DNA from: Ylistrum balloti
Lineage: Eukaryota
Direction of reading: 5' to 3'
NCBI RefSeq assembly: GCF_031769215.1
Contig: NW_026782015.1
Span: 2,356,001 to 2,420,000, forward strand
DNA length: 64,000 nucleotides
Both the position numbers and the translations under genes were made by a program. Shown here in pieces: positions 27,462-40,850 of this stretch. Every line of letters begins with the position of its first letter. Position 1 is the stretch's first letter. The notes beneath the pieces were generated by a model. That model was given only the letters and a program-made list of their open reading frames with translations, was not told the DNA's origin and did not search any database.

Positions 27462-27570
27462 ATATGTTAAAAGAATCAACTGAGCCTAAGATTGACCAGG
27501 TTTCGTTACGAAAACTTACAGAAATGGGGTTTCCTGAAGGAAGAGCTAAGAAAGCCTTATTGTTGAATAA
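27462..27570 (+). CDS. UBAC1: UBAC1 exon 5, first UBA domain ([21 protein letters not shown])
   Basis: MGF UBA motif, acceptor tttacag|, donor AA|GTAAGT, phase 1/2. Confidence 0.93.
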
Positions 27571-29012
27571 GTAAGTTGTAAGACTTTTAAGTCTGCTGTA
27601 CCTGAGTTTGCCAAGATTTTCATTAGGATCAACTATGATAAAAACAACTATAAATATTAGTAGTTCATCCTTATAGAGCTGGAAATTAGTCAATAATCAT
27701 TAACTAAGAGGAGATAATTTGCTCTCAGATCAACTCTTTTTGTCAATGCTTTTGAATAAATTATTGAGAGAGAAAAATTTTTCTGACAACTGTAGAAATT
27801 CAGATTATTATAAACTGGGAACTTTAAAGTTAATCATGCAATGGTTGACAGGAATAATGGTTCAGGATTCTCTAAGTACCAATATAATGTTTTTATTTCT
27901 TAACAGATGATATAACTCAAATGTGGTTTGGAGTTGCTGTACAACAGTTGATTTAGCTGGTAGACACTTACGTTTGTCTGTAAAAATCTTGACCGTATAT
28001 AAAGGTCTTAGTCACAATTACTGACATCAATAAGTTACAGCTAGTATTCATTATTACTGTTTAAAACTATATGTACTACATAAGATATGTAGTATTTCAA
28101 ACAATGTTAAGATTACAGCATACCAAAGTTATGCTGTGGTGAAAAATAAATCCGGAATGGTGCAAATACCAACAAACTTCATTTCACAGAGGCTATTGAT
28201 ATGAATATGAAGTTTCTGGTTATTGGGAGGAATTTTTCAACCAACCAAAAGGATTTCAAAAATATGAAAGTTTTATACTTCAGTATGTTTGTAAATTCAA
28301 AATGATTATTTTTGTTCTATTTCATTGGATTTGGAAGAATATTGAATTCTGCCAAGTAATAGAGTAACCATGATAGCTGGTGCTATTACATATGTGATGA
28401 CATGCTGACTGAAAAGACACTCCAACAGGGGGCACTCACCACTCCAACACATGGCACTCTCAGTGTTAACAATCTTTGATTTAGTCTTTGGATTAGTCTC
28501 AAAAGAGTTCATCGTTCTTGTGGGTGTGGATTTGAGGATGCCATGCTATATTGTTACAATCTGTTCTTTTTGAATCTCATGTTATTTTTAATCTCTTTCC
28601 AATATTCTTATTGGTCTATTAATTTCAGTGGTAAGGTCCTGTATATATGAAGCCTTAAAAGAATTTCACATTTGATAAAATTAAAAAAAAATAATGTTGA
28701 GACTCAATAATTATTCATTGGAATATTGTATCACACTTGCTGACAACAAAGGTGACAAGTCTTTGCAGCCTATGAATAGATCAATCACACTTATTCCTCC
28801 AATACATGTAGTACTGAAAAATTTCCTGTCATAGGACATAGCATTTGCACTAAATGACACATCCAATATACCATAATTCATTTCTTTGTGAACCACCTGT
28901 ATTTAGTGAGTAGACAAGAGTGGTAAAGATTTTCTGTTAATTAAATCCTACTTAAAGTTTCATTATCACTATCATTGATCACAAAGTACAATGTCCTGAT
29001 TACGCATTTCAG

Positions 29013-29118
29013 GATGTCGGTGACAGAATCAATGGAATGGCTAATACAGCATGAGGCAGATCCTGGTATAGACGAACCTGTCCCTGGTACTGATGAAACA
29101 CCAGAACAGGAGGAACAG
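29013..29118 (+). CDS. UBAC1: UBAC1 exon 6 (MSVTESMEWLIQHEADPGIDEPVPG...)
   Basis: Matches remembered human [25 protein letters not shown]. Phase 2/0. Confidence 0.92.
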
Positions 29119-29239
29119 GTCAGTTAGAGTTATCTCCCTTCTTTCATTCAATTTTTCAAGATTTTAATCATAATTTCTCGTAGCTTTCTTTCATACACTG
29201 TGACCTGATCTCTCTTGACATTCTCTATACTATTAGTTA

Positions 29240-29828
29240 TGTAGTTTGCTAGTGACCCCCTACAGGAATATAGGGGTTCAGTCAGATTGGTAGGGGGTGA
29301 GGGCGAAGCACCAAGGACCCATTTAAATATATATATAATACGTCCCATCACATTTCCTGGCATCCATGTAAAAATGGCCAAGACATTCATCCAGTCGGAC
29401 TACATCGTAATCTTCAAAATCTGGGTTTTGCTGCTTTTCCACCAAATAATCTTTGAACACTTTAGCGGCCAACTTATTAGCTTTTAACGTCTTATCAGCG
29501 TTAAGTGCCAGGCGTTTTTTTTCCTTGTCTGCAGCTGTCGTCTGCCCGAACCGCCCAGCCATTTTTGATCCGAGTCAAATAGGTGCTTCGTGTAGGGGAA
29601 ACAACTCGTACTAGATAATAGCAACTTCTAGGATTCACTCTAGCCAATATTCCGACACGGAACAGAATGTGAATATCGCCAATCTGTGATTTGAAATTAC
29701 GAAGTGACGCCTTTCAGAGATAATGGATGGCGGCCATTGCCCCCTATATATTCAGCTGCCCCCTATAGATTTATAGGGGGCAAGCAACGTCCAATCAGAT
29801 CAATGCATTCTAGTCCGAGGTGCAATAA
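29240..29828 (-). mobile_element. Internally deleted Crypton-type (tyrosine recombinase) DNA transposon in UBAC1 intron 6; ends approximate
   Basis: Carries a truncated YR N-terminus. Both ends have CCCCTA..TAGGGG hairpins (29254-29281, 29758-29781). Inverted cgaagcacc/ggtgcttcg motifs at ~29304 and ~29582. Confidence 0.7.
29323..29562 (-). pseudogene. Truncated Crypton/DUF3504-type tyrosine recombinase N-terminus
   Basis: MAGRFGQTT...KTLKANKLAAKVFKDYLVEK...LDECLGHFYMDARKCDGTYY fits the remembered pattern MxRF...NTxKATxxAVxxFxxYL...LxxFYxxARKxDGxxY. Similarity stops abruptly at a (TA)n run near 29337. Confidence 0.8.
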
Positions 29829-30689
29829 AAACGAAACAGCTGTCAATTTATTCCAATATTGTGTTTGTTGACTGTATAATTTCTGGGACATGGAAGGTCA
29901 CATAATGCTATACATTGAAATCATAGTGTTACCTCATACGTTAGAGGCATAATTAAGTCTGATATCATCGGGAATGACGTTCAATGCATACAACATTTTG
30001 TTTGTCGGAGATGGTGAGAGTAGCCTCCCTTGATTTTCGGTAGGTGTGGTTATTTTTTGCGTTGTCGATCGGCCAATTGTGACTTGTCTGAGTATATCAT
30101 GCTAATGTTCATTTATGGAAGTTAAAGTAGTATTCTTACTTCATCTTTTGAAAAATAACACTTCTTTGTGAATAGTTAACCATCAACATGTATGTTATAA
30201 GCCTCTGTATGGTCATATCAAAATAGACTATTGAATTAATACTTCCTTTTATAATTCACATTGATGGGTATACTTGTGTTATCCATCATTTGTATCAGTT
30301 GATCAATCTGTTTATCAATAGTTTGTAATCTTAGGATACATAATGGATAAATCCTTACATAGATGCCGACTGTAATTTCCTGAAAAAAGGTCACATCTTT
30401 AAATTTGACCCAAAAGATTTAAGTCAGTGAAAATATACTTACAATTGTTATTGCTGTTCAGCCCTATATTACAGTAGGTATGTTTTGATGAAATTTGAGG
30501 TCAGAATAAAACAAATCATAAAGCACGTGATTTAAGGCCAAGGTAGCAATTAGCCAAATTTTCTGTATACTGGTTTATGTGTTAATAAAGAAATGGAAGA
30601 AGAATACCAACTCCTAAAGCTAGTAGGGGAATTCAAACAAATTCTTCAAAATCCTTTCTTTTCCGTAGGAATACCTTGATTTTGAGGCA

Positions 30690-30926
30690 TGCTTTGATGA
30701 AGGGGTTTATTTCGATTTAAACCAAGGGTCTTGGCTCCCTTGGCCAGTAAAGAGAACTTTGTTTTATATAAACTGTTCATTTTAACCCCAATCCCAACCC
30801 GTTTTTGGCAGAGGGGTAGGGTCTTCTAGGAGAAATCGATACAATTTTTTAAACACTGTGTGCTAATGAAGCAATTACAGAAAACTAAACCAGGTGTGCG
30901 TTACAGGACCTATGGGCCTCTTGTTT
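30690..30926 (-). mobile_element. HINE/pearl-like element terminal fragment in UBAC1 intron 6
   Basis: Ends ccaggtgtgcgttacaggacctatgggcctcttgttt, the reverse complement of the remembered AAACAAGAGGCCCATGGGCC..GCTCACCTG terminus. The left boundary is approximate. Confidence 0.55.
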
Positions 30927-31157
30927 AGTTGTTTACCTCTTTTTAAGAGACTTCCAATGGGTATCCTCTTGAAATCTGACTGAAGATGAACCTCAGTACA
31001 CACATGAACAAGATGTTTGTTCTTCTGAAGTTTCTCCTACTGGAGATTTTCTGGTCTGATTGATATTTGGTTTTACCACAAATTCAAACTTTTTTAGGGT
31101 TTAACAAAAAACAAGCCATTTTATAGACCTGAATGTATTGTTGATAATTTTATACAG

Positions 31158-31274
31158 ACTGAGGGAGCTGTAGGAGGCATGGATGATAATGATGATAGTC
31201 AGTCACCTCAGGTCACAAATATACTCAAATCACTACGGGCATTCAGAAGGAGGGAATTCAAGGCGAATCCAAGG
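31158..31274 (+). CDS. UBAC1: UBAC1 exon 7 (TEGAVGG...LKSLRAFRRREFKANPR)
   Basis: Matches remembered human KKIRRKREFRADAR. Phase 0/0, donor AGG|GTTAGT. Confidence 0.92.
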
Positions 31275-31901
31275 GTTAGTATCATATTACAGGTTATGGG
31301 GTAAATTATTTTAAACTTTAAAACTAAGGTTCTATGTATTTGATGTTCCATGTACACTGTGTCTGTTATTGAACTATGTTAACAGGCTACAAACCATAGT
31401 ATAAGATCAGGACTAATGGAAAGGGAACTTCCATATTTAGCAAGAAACCTATTTAGAGTGTAAGACTTGTCCTGTTTACTGTAGATATTGATGTTTTGAC
31501 CAAAGTTTCATAAAAGTTGAAAGTAATCAAATCAATGATTTCTGTTTTTGTCGTATTTTTTTTTCAAAATAAATCAAATTATACATATATTAGAACAATT
31601 TGAAGGAAATATTTACAAAGGAAGGAGAAATAACAGCCTCTAGTTGACATTTGTGATGCAAATATGTGAAAGTGTTACTGCCTTTAGTTATCAAACTTCA
31701 GAATTACAGCTCATGTTTAAGGTATACCCCCAGTTACAAAGATAATAGCGTAATTAAATATGAAAAACAAAATTTGAAAAATGAAATGTAATTTAATACA
31801 ACTGCTGCCTAATTATATCTGTTTTGAAATGTTTATTTAGAGCTTCGGCTCACAAATACATAGTAGTTTCAATTACCTTTCATCATTTTGTTTACGTGCA
31901 G

Positions 31902-31988
31902 GCCCTCCAGAACCTAGTGGAGATGGGATTTCCTGAAAAAGATGCCATTGACGCGCTGAGAGTGGGCAGGAATGACCAGGATGCAGCA
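31902..31988 (+). CDS. UBAC1: UBAC1 exon 8, second UBA domain (ALQNLVEMGFPEKDAIDALRVGRNDQDAA)
   Basis: MGF UBA motif, donor GCA|GTGAGT, phase 0/0. Confidence 0.94.
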
Positions 31989-32308
31989 GTGAGTGACAAT
32001 GTTCCTACAAATCTTTTTTCCCGTTTATTTCCAGACTGTTACACTACTATCAAATCTTTAGCCTTATATATAATTATTATGTCTGGTGTACCTAAAATAA
32101 ATTTTAATCCTGCTCTTGAACGAAAATCTTGCATTAATAACAACCATTAAAATTCCTTGTTTATATCAAGTACTAGGCGAGATAAAATTGATGATGAACA
32201 TAGCGTAACGCTCTGTACTTTGTATCCAATTTCAATTTTTATTTGCAACTGTCATCATACTGCAAAATTTATTAAGTATGCAGATGAATATGGTATACAT
32301 ATTAAGTC

Positions 32309-32670
32309 TTTATTGAATATTTTATGCACATAAATTCAGCATATCAAAGCTGACAATGCAAGTTGAAAAGAATTAATTCTTGCAACCTGTCAAACTGGAA
32401 TTTTTTAAATTTGCGTTGTCATCTTTAAAATTGTTTGATGTAATAATTAATTGTTTATTATATCTGAAACGATCTGTCACTCTAGGAAAAGAATCAGGAA
32501 ACAGTTTTATGTTTTAATGTAAACAAATTTTGACACACCTCTTAGAGAAAAGAATTTATTGAATATTTTATGTAGATAAATTCAACATATTGATATTGTT
32601 TGATAAAATAATTACTTGTTTATGATATCTCAAACAATCTGTCACTCTGTGAAAAGAATAAGGAAACAGT
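32309..32670. repeat. Degenerate intronic duplication in UBAC1 intron 8
   Basis: tttattgaatatttt..ataaattca.cat and tctgtcactct..gaaaagaat.aggaaacagt each occur twice. Confidence 0.6.
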
Positions 32671-32796
32671 ATTATTTGAATTTGAATTAATTTTCATACT
32701 CTTTTAAAGAATTAAAAAAAAAAAAAATTCAATAAAAAAAAATTTTTTTAATTCCACATTATTCATTTCTAGCACTGATCATGTTCAATTTTCCAG

Positions 32797-32935
32797 TGTG
32801 ACTGGTTGCTAGGAGACCGGAAAACCAAGCCGGAAGAAATGGAGGAAGGAATTAATACCAACAGTTCCATCTACAAAGCTATAATGGCCAATCCAACAGT
32901 ACAACTAGGACTGAACAATCCTCGTTGTTTATTAG
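32797..32935 (+). CDS. UBAC1: UBAC1 exon 9 (CDWLLGDRK...NPTVQLGLNNPRCLL)
   Basis: Matches remembered human CEWLLGDRK...NPVVQLGLTNPKTLL. Phase 0/1. Confidence 0.94.
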
Positions 32936-33155
32936 GTCAGGGCCCATTTTGTCACGGTTATAGATCTCTATATGACCACTATGTACATACTGGTCTTTAA
33001 ATGATTACTAGGCATGTAAAGATACTAGTTTCCAATGTAAAATCATATATATTTTTGTGTTTTTTCCAAAAAACAAAAAATATCTCTTTGTTATCTACAA
33101 TTGATTTTATGGATAAAATTGCTCAATAAATAAATCTCCTTAAACTTATTTCAAC

Positions 33156-35338
33156 AGTTTGTAGACATGAATTCATGGATTAAGGGTACCCTCAGTTTGT
33201 AGACATGGATTAAGGGTAACCTCAGTTTGTAGACATGGATTCATGGATTAAGGGTACCCTCAGTTTGTAGACATGGATTCATGGATTAAGGGTACCCTCA
33301 GTTTGTAGACATGGATTCATGGATTAAGGGTACCCTCAGTTTGTAGACATGGATTCATGGATTAAGGGTACCCTCAGTTTGTAGACATGGATTCATGGAT
33401 TAAGGGTACCCTCAGTTTGTAGACATGGAATGGATTAAGGGTACCCTCAGTTTTTGTAGGGTACATGGATTCATGGATTAAGGGTAGGGTACCCTCAGTT
33501 TGTAGACATGGATTCATGGATTAAGGGTACCCTCAGTTTGTAGACATGGATTCATGGATTAAGGGTACCCTCAGTTTGTAGACATGGATTCATGGATTAA
33601 GGGTACCCTCAGTTTGTAGACATGGATTAAGGGTAACCTCAGATTGTAGATATGGATTCATGGATTAAGGGTACCCTCAGTTTGTAGACATGGATTCATG
33701 GATTAAGGGTACCCTCAGTTTGTAGACATGGATTCATGGATTAAGGGTACCCTCAGTTTGTAGACATGGATTCATGGATTAAGGGTACCCTCAGTTTGTA
33801 GACATGGATTTGTATTGACATGGATTCATGGATTAAGGGTACCCTCAGTTTGTAGACATGGATTCATGGATTAAGGGTACCCTCAGTTTGTAGACATGGA
33901 TTCATGGATTAAGGGTACCCTCAGTTTGTAGACATGGATTCATGGATTAAGGGTACCCTCAGTTTGTAGACACCCTCAATTTGTAGACATGGATTCATGG
34001 ATTAAGGGTACCCTCAGTTTGTAGACATGGATTCATGGATTAAGGGTACCCTCAGTTTGTAGACATGGATTAATGGATTAAGGGTACCCTCAGTTTGTAG
34101 ACATGGATTCATGGATTAAGGGTACCCTCAGTTTGTAGATATGGATTAATGGATTAAGGGTACCCTCAGTTTGTAGATATGGATTAATGGATTAAGGGTA
34201 CCCTCAGTTTGTAGATATGGATTAATGGATTAAGGGTACCCTCAGTTTGTAGACATGGATTAATGGATTAAGGGTACCCTCAGTTTGTAGACATGGATTC
34301 ATGGATTAAGGGTACCCTAATGGATTAATGGATTAAGGGTACCCTCAGTTTGTATGGATTCATGGATGGAGTTTGTAGACATGGATTAAGGGTACCCTCA
34401 GTTTGTAGACATGGATTCATGGATTAAGGGTACCCTCAGTTTGTAGACATGGATTCATGGATTAAGGGTACCCTCAGTTTGTAGACATGGATTAAGGGTA
34501 ACCTCAGTTTGTAGACATGGATTCATGGATTAAGGGTACCCTCAGTTTGTAGACATGGATTCATGGATTAAGGGTACCCTCAGTTTGTAGACATGGATTC
34601 ATGGATTAAGGGTACCCTCAGTTTGTAGACATGGATTCATGGATTAAGGGTACCCTCAGTTTGTAGACATGGACATGGATTAAGGGTACCCTCAGTTTGT
34701 AGACATGGATTCATGGATTAAGGGTACCCTCAGTTTGTAGACATGGATTAATGATTAAGGGTACCTAGACATGGATTCATGGATTAAGGGTACCCTCAGT
34801 TTGTATGGATTCATGGATTATATGGATTAATAAGGGTACCCTCAGTTTGTAGACTCTCAATTTGTAGACATGGATTCATGGATTAAGGGTACCCTCAGTA
34901 TGTAGACATGGATTCATGACTTAAGGGTACCCTCATTTTGTAGACATGGATTAATGGATTAAGGGTACCCTCATTTTGTAGACATGGATTAATGGATTAA
35001 GGGTACCCTCAGTTTGTAGATATGGATTAATGGATTAAGGGTACCCTCAGTTTGTAGACATGGATTAATGGATTAAGGGTACCCTCAGTTTGTAGATATG
35101 GATTAATGGATTAAGGGTACCCTCAGTTTGTAGACACCCTCAATTTGTAGACATGGATTCATGGATTAAGGGTACCCTCAGTATGTAGACATGGATTCAT
35201 GACTTAAGGGTACCCTCATTTTGTAGACATGGATTAATGGATTAAGGGTACCCTCATTTTGTAGACATGGATTAATGGATTAAGGGTACCCTCAGTTTGT
35301 AGACATGGATTAATGGATTAAGGGTACCCTCAGTTTGT
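33156..35338. repeat. 38-bp minisatellite, ~57 copies, in UBAC1 intron 9
   Basis: Unit agtttgtagacatggattcatggattaagggtaccctc with the 10-bp palindrome AGGGTACCCT. Confidence 0.97.
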
Positions 35339-35780
35339 CTGTATATCACCCCTGGATGTGTATAAATACTGATTTCTGTATATGACTCCAGGAGATTTAT
35401 AATTAGGAGTCTCGGTATGAAAGCCCTAGAAGGTGTGAATATGACCTTTTTTGATATGTAAGCACTTTTGCTTAAATATCTTGTATATTCCTGACAGCTT
35501 TATACAGATAAGTGGCTTCGTTTACTTTCATTTTCTCCAGATCAATAAATATTTACCTTCCTCCATTCTATACTAAACAGAATTAACATTAGTGAAATGA
35601 CTGTTAAATGCATCTTTCCCCATTAAATAAATTGTGTTTAAGTTTTACAGAATGAAAGAATCAGAATTGTGACGTCATAGTTTTGCATTTGTTTTCAGAT
35701 ATTCTTGAGGTAAGAATCTCATTTAGATGAAGGCAAATTGTACCAGTTAAATGTAATTATTTTCGGTTTGTTTTTCACAG

Positions 35781-36319
35781 CGTTTCTACAGATGTTGGAG
35801 AGTCCTTTTATGACACAGCAGTGGCTAAATGATCCAGAGACTGGACCACTGTTGGTACAAATATCACGTATTTATCACTCAGAGAAACACTCGGGTGCAC
35901 AATCAGACTCTGCTACCAAAACTGCTGATACCATGACACTGTCATCATCTATTTCATCCTCAGCATCGTCAGACTCCTCCTTTGCCAGCACATCAACGCA
36001 AATCCTTTCATCACAGCATAATCGAACATCCCAAGAGTCTCTCTCAATACCAAATAGCCAAATATCAAGGTCAGAGAGTGATCCTATTGGGACAAGGTCA
36101 AGGTTACCAGACAATGACGAAGTAAATTCAAGGGCATTATTACCAGAGGATGCTTCATCTGTTTCGTTAGGAAATAACCATACGGAAGATGGAAGTGAAA
36201 ATGATATAAGACCTACAGTTGCTAGGCAACAACGTGATGCGGGGTCACCTCCAGTAACAATGTCAAGGTCATCATCTTCAGGAAAGGTGAAAGGTGATAA
36301 CAAGTCTAAAGGAAGGTGA
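35781..36319 (+). CDS. UBAC1: UBAC1 exon 10 (STI1-like end plus Ser-rich extension), stop at 36317-36319
   Basis: AFLQMLESPFMTQQWLNDPETGPLLVQISRIY matches remembered human [32 protein letters not shown]. The exons sum to 1626 nt = 541 aa plus stop. Confidence 0.9.
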
Positions 36320-37348
36320 CGTCCTGACTTGTAAGCAGCAAGATTTTATCGGATTATTTATGTTTTGTTTGATATTCACAGCACTCTGTTTTTTTTCTAG
36401 TACATGTACCTAAAGCTATTTCCTGTCTTGTTCCCAATTATTTGTAAAATTGTGGAACCTGTAATTAATTCAGAAACATTTAGCAACTGGTATTACTGTG
36501 AGTTCCTAAATCATAATGTCTTGGCGATGCAGTCATCTTTAGGCATGTGTTAGTACACTGTAACTTCAGATGTCAAGAATTTTTCAAAATACAGTGTATT
36601 ATTTGACAACTTTCAAATAAACATGAAATTGTATCTTCAGAACAGAGAATGTATTTTTTCAAAAACTGTCTTTCGATATTTAATAATGTTTCAAAGCTGT
36701 GAATTAACACTCAGAAATACCAGATTAAAATTAAAGACTTTACACATGCTTGTTTGATCATTGCAGTTTAGAATGTTTAGTTCTAATTCTGTGCAGTTGC
36801 ATGTGCATTCTTTAAGCAGTCCAGAGTATTTTCTTTAGTTCCAAGTCCAGTAACATGTCACAACTACTTAACATACCACTCCACAAATGACAGTGTGATT
36901 GGAATTCATTCCCTTGAACAATCTGCCTCATTTGTAAATCACACATATGTAATAGAGAATCCGTGTCATTGATTAGTTTTTGGAAGTTGTTTATTGAAAA
37001 CATTATTTCATCTTTTGACAAGATATTTCTTGTGATATTAGCAGGATAAGTGCTGATGTGAAGGTTGTGTTATAAATTGAGAAGTGCTAAAGCACGATGT
37101 TTGTAATCACTATTGTGTATGTATAAGAATGATAAATCAGTATTGCAGTATTTTCATAGTGTTTTGAATTGTCATGAATTTTTTTATGTCCTTGTTAAGA
37201 AGTCTGTGACAAAGCTATATCATACTGGTCATTTTCTATGTATATGGCAAATTATGACCATCTCAAATTTATTTAAACATGTAAAAGGCATTTGTCCTGT
37301 GTATTATACTCATGTCAGTCATGTTGGGTTTCCGTTGTTCATCATATG

Positions 37349-37700
37349 AATGTAGGGGGATTTGGAGTTCTACCTGTAAGTATAGGATTTTGGTTAAATT
37401 GCTGGTTGAAGGTAGGGGGATATGGGGTTCTACCAGTAAGTATAGGATTTTGGTTAAATTGCTGGTTGAAGGTAGGGGGATATGGGGTTCTACCAGTAAG
37501 TATAGGATTTTGGTTAAATTGCTGGTTGAAGGTAGGGGGATATGGGGTTCTACCACTGAGTATAGGATTTTGGTTAAATAGCCATTTGAAGGTAAGGGAG
37601 TATTTGGTTCTACAAGAGGATGTAGAGCTTGGATCAAAATATTGTATGAAGTTAGGGGAATATTGAGCTCTACCAGAAGATGTAGAATCTTTGTCCAAAT
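37349..37700. repeat. 60-bp tandem repeat, 3 near-identical plus ~3 degenerate copies
   Basis: tataggattttggttaaattgctggttgaaggtagggggatatggggttctaccagtaag at 37381, 37441 and 37501, decaying outward. Confidence 0.93.
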
Positions 37701-40519
37701 ATTGATGGAGGTTGTGGAATATGAAATTTGGCTTGATAGTTAGAATTCTGTTTTGTTATCTAAGCATACCACATGAAGAATGTTGATATCCTTCATTATT
37801 GACCTTCCTGTTTTTTCCTTCTTTCTATATAATACAGGAACTGCGTAAAATTGATAGCTACATTGTAAGGAGATATCAGTGTGTTGATTGCTTATATTAC
37901 TGCAGTATAACCTCACTATTAAGACTTAAAGATTCTGGATAAAACTGATCTGAATAGACCATGTAGACAAATTTCTCTTCTGGTCATATTTCCCGAGTAA
38001 TCAGATTGTTATATTGGTTTAAAATGTTGTTCTTAATTCGGATAAGCGCACTTGACAACCTAAATTTAGCTAGCTCACCTGACACCTGGTAGATGTATAC
38101 AGGATATGTGCCTGGTAACTTCGTGATTTTTTGTGATTGGCCAGTGGTCTGATAATTAGTGAGATGAAATTCAATGCAAAACTGGTTTTTAATTATAGCT
38201 GATCATAATTGTGAGTGGTCTTCACAATGTAGTCTTACATGTAATAGTGATGCATGCAATACACAGACATACAGATAATTTATTTTTTTAAATGAAATTC
38301 AGTGGTTTTAATTGTGAGAAGATCTTTAACAGAGATTTCACTATAATTCCCTTGTAGTCCAAATTATTTCGATGTTCTATTCTCCTTTTTTTACATTAGA
38401 CAGACCTTTTTCTTATAAAGTACAATTTTTTTCCCCTTGAGAACAGTTTTTGTGTGACAGTTACGAGGTATTGTGTGTAATGGAAAATTATTAAGAATGT
38501 GTGTAAAAAACATAAAAATTATAAATTGATTGCAGCACTGAATTCAAAACCTTTTTGGATGGTCATGTAAATAAAACGCCAGGTTTCAATAATTGCTAGG
38601 TTTGACAGGCACAGAAAAGTACATTACATATTTAGTTGATGTACAGACAAAGATGGCTCAAGAAGAGTGTGCTTCCCAATGAATTAACCTGTATGCCACG
38701 TTTTAGTTCATTTAAATAATGGCATGATTCAGAAACAGCTGTATGATGCAGTTTTAAAGTATTGTTTAAAGCTTTACTTGTTTCGAAGCGCCCTATTCTT
38801 TAGTTATTTTTGTCTCCATACATATGCCATAGTTTCCTGTGCGTGTTTTGATTAGTAATTAAAGTACGTTGTTTTCCTTAACGAAAGATTTTATTTCATG
38901 AATCCTAAGAGATTTATGAATAATCACACATTTATATTTGTGAAGTTGATTGTTGTTTTTAATAAATGATATACATTATAGAGCACAATTTGAAATTCAT
39001 TTTGTTGAATCTAAACGCACAGCCCACAAGGTTTACGAATTACCTCCCTTTATGTGTGTTCAAAATAGGTTTGTTATATTATTTTTGCCTATTTTTGAAA
39101 TAAACATGGATACAAATTTTTTTTAATTAGCTTAGAAATTATCTTCACAAAAATGAGCTAATTCAAATAATGTTTTACATGGTTTGAAATTGAATGTTGC
39201 AATGAAACTTTTTCATGAGGTTATCATAATCTTGAGATAGTGTTTAAGGCCAGTTCATGTGATGCTCGTTACAAAGTGCTGTACATATGATGTTATTAGC
39301 TATGGTAAAACATTGTTTTAGTTATTGCATAAACATATCTTCTGGAAGAACATACCAGTATTAAACATAAGCGCCCTTAAGTTTTGCTCTTACATTTATT
39401 TGATTTTTTTTTTTACCTAAAGGATAAATTCCAAATGTGAAAGAGCTAAAAGAATTCATAAGAATTTTCATTTTGTCTTTTTTAAGGCCCTTGTTAGAAG
39501 GAAGAACTTTCATTCATAAGTTTTCTTTGCTGTTTTGTATGGTTCCCACAGAAAAATTGAGATGCATCATATTTTAAAATTCTTCAGCATTTTTTGGAAG
39601 TTTGAGTTTTTTCATCTGATTATGATGGACATTTTTTTTCAAAAAACCAGGAACAGCTTTTACATTTATAAGTATTTAGTTCTATCTGTGTATTTCATCA
39701 TATGCATGATGCCTGAAATGACAAGTTCTGCCCCAAAAAAAGAAGACAAGATTGAAGGCCATGTGCCATGCTACACATTTTTGAAAGTCTGTTGCTATTA
39801 ATAGTTAATTTGGCATGCTATCAATTTTACAAACATAATTCTAAAAATGAGTCTTAAAAATGAATTGCTCAAAGAAGTTGTTGGAAAGATGATGAACGAA
39901 ATCCTGTACCCTGACATGTTTTACTTTTGTAGCAAAGTGCGACTGTTATCTTTCTCTTGTATAATAATTGTTTACCAGGGTTGATTACCACATCATACAT
40001 GTATTTACATGACAAGAAATTAATCTTTATTCACACATAATCACACTGGAAAGTTATGTCATCCATGTATAGAGTGCTTCTTCAAAGATTCAAGCAATTT
40101 ATCATATGTTTGAGAGGTATGTTTCTATGCAAATAAAGATATATGATGATGTTGTAAGGAATTTCTGATTTTTGAAGTGTAAGAATATTTCTCGTCTCAT
40201 AACTATTGTTATCTCCCTTTCTATGTCGTTGCAGGATACAAAATTCCCTCTCATTTTCTTAAAGCTGGTGTCTGTTTTAGAGTCATAGATCATAAGGGTT
40301 GATTTCTACCGTTTCAAAAAGGGTCATTTCTTAGAAAAAATTACGTCTACATAAAATGAATGCTTACCGGATTTTCCCCAAGGTTTCAGATAATGGTCAA
40401 TTTCAATACTTGTTTATGTTTTATCGGGAGACTAAATTATCGACAATCCTATAACATCAGGAAACAAAGACATTACAAGATCGATGATGTGTTGTTGTCA
40501 GTAGACAAGTATATGAACC

Positions 40520-40850
40520 ACGGATTCTGGACTTCAAATCAAAGACACGACTTGCTAACAATGCATATCAGTTCATTTCCTAGATCCCCGCTTTTAATAC
40601 AAGGCATGTTACCACCGGCACCCTTACGATTTAAATTTCCATATTATGAATTTTCCATTTCTCGATAGTAATATCGATAAGACCAGATTCCCCCAACCTT
40701 CAATCAATGGTCTGTTCCCATCATTACGAATACCGCGATAAATATAAATTGAGGCAAGGCAAACAACTTTAAGGAGGTACAGACTGATAAACACTATAGG
40801 GAAGTTTTACTGAAGATATCATAATCTTGTTGGGAAATATTCTAGTCTGT
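40520..40850 (+). mobile_element. Penelope-like element RT C-terminal region, decayed with in-frame stops
   Basis: One frame reads GLQIKDTT..HFLD...DLNFHIMNFPFLDSNI...INTIGKFY*RYHNLVGKY, collinear with remembered PLE ELEIKDTT..YLDL...DDFNFPIVNFPFICSNI...LRKFYGRHHDLVDRY. Five stops. Confidence 0.78.

Noticed and set aside
37269-37698. Four overlapping ORFs on both strands
   Set aside because: They arise from the 60-bp tandem repeat downstream of the UBAC1 stop.
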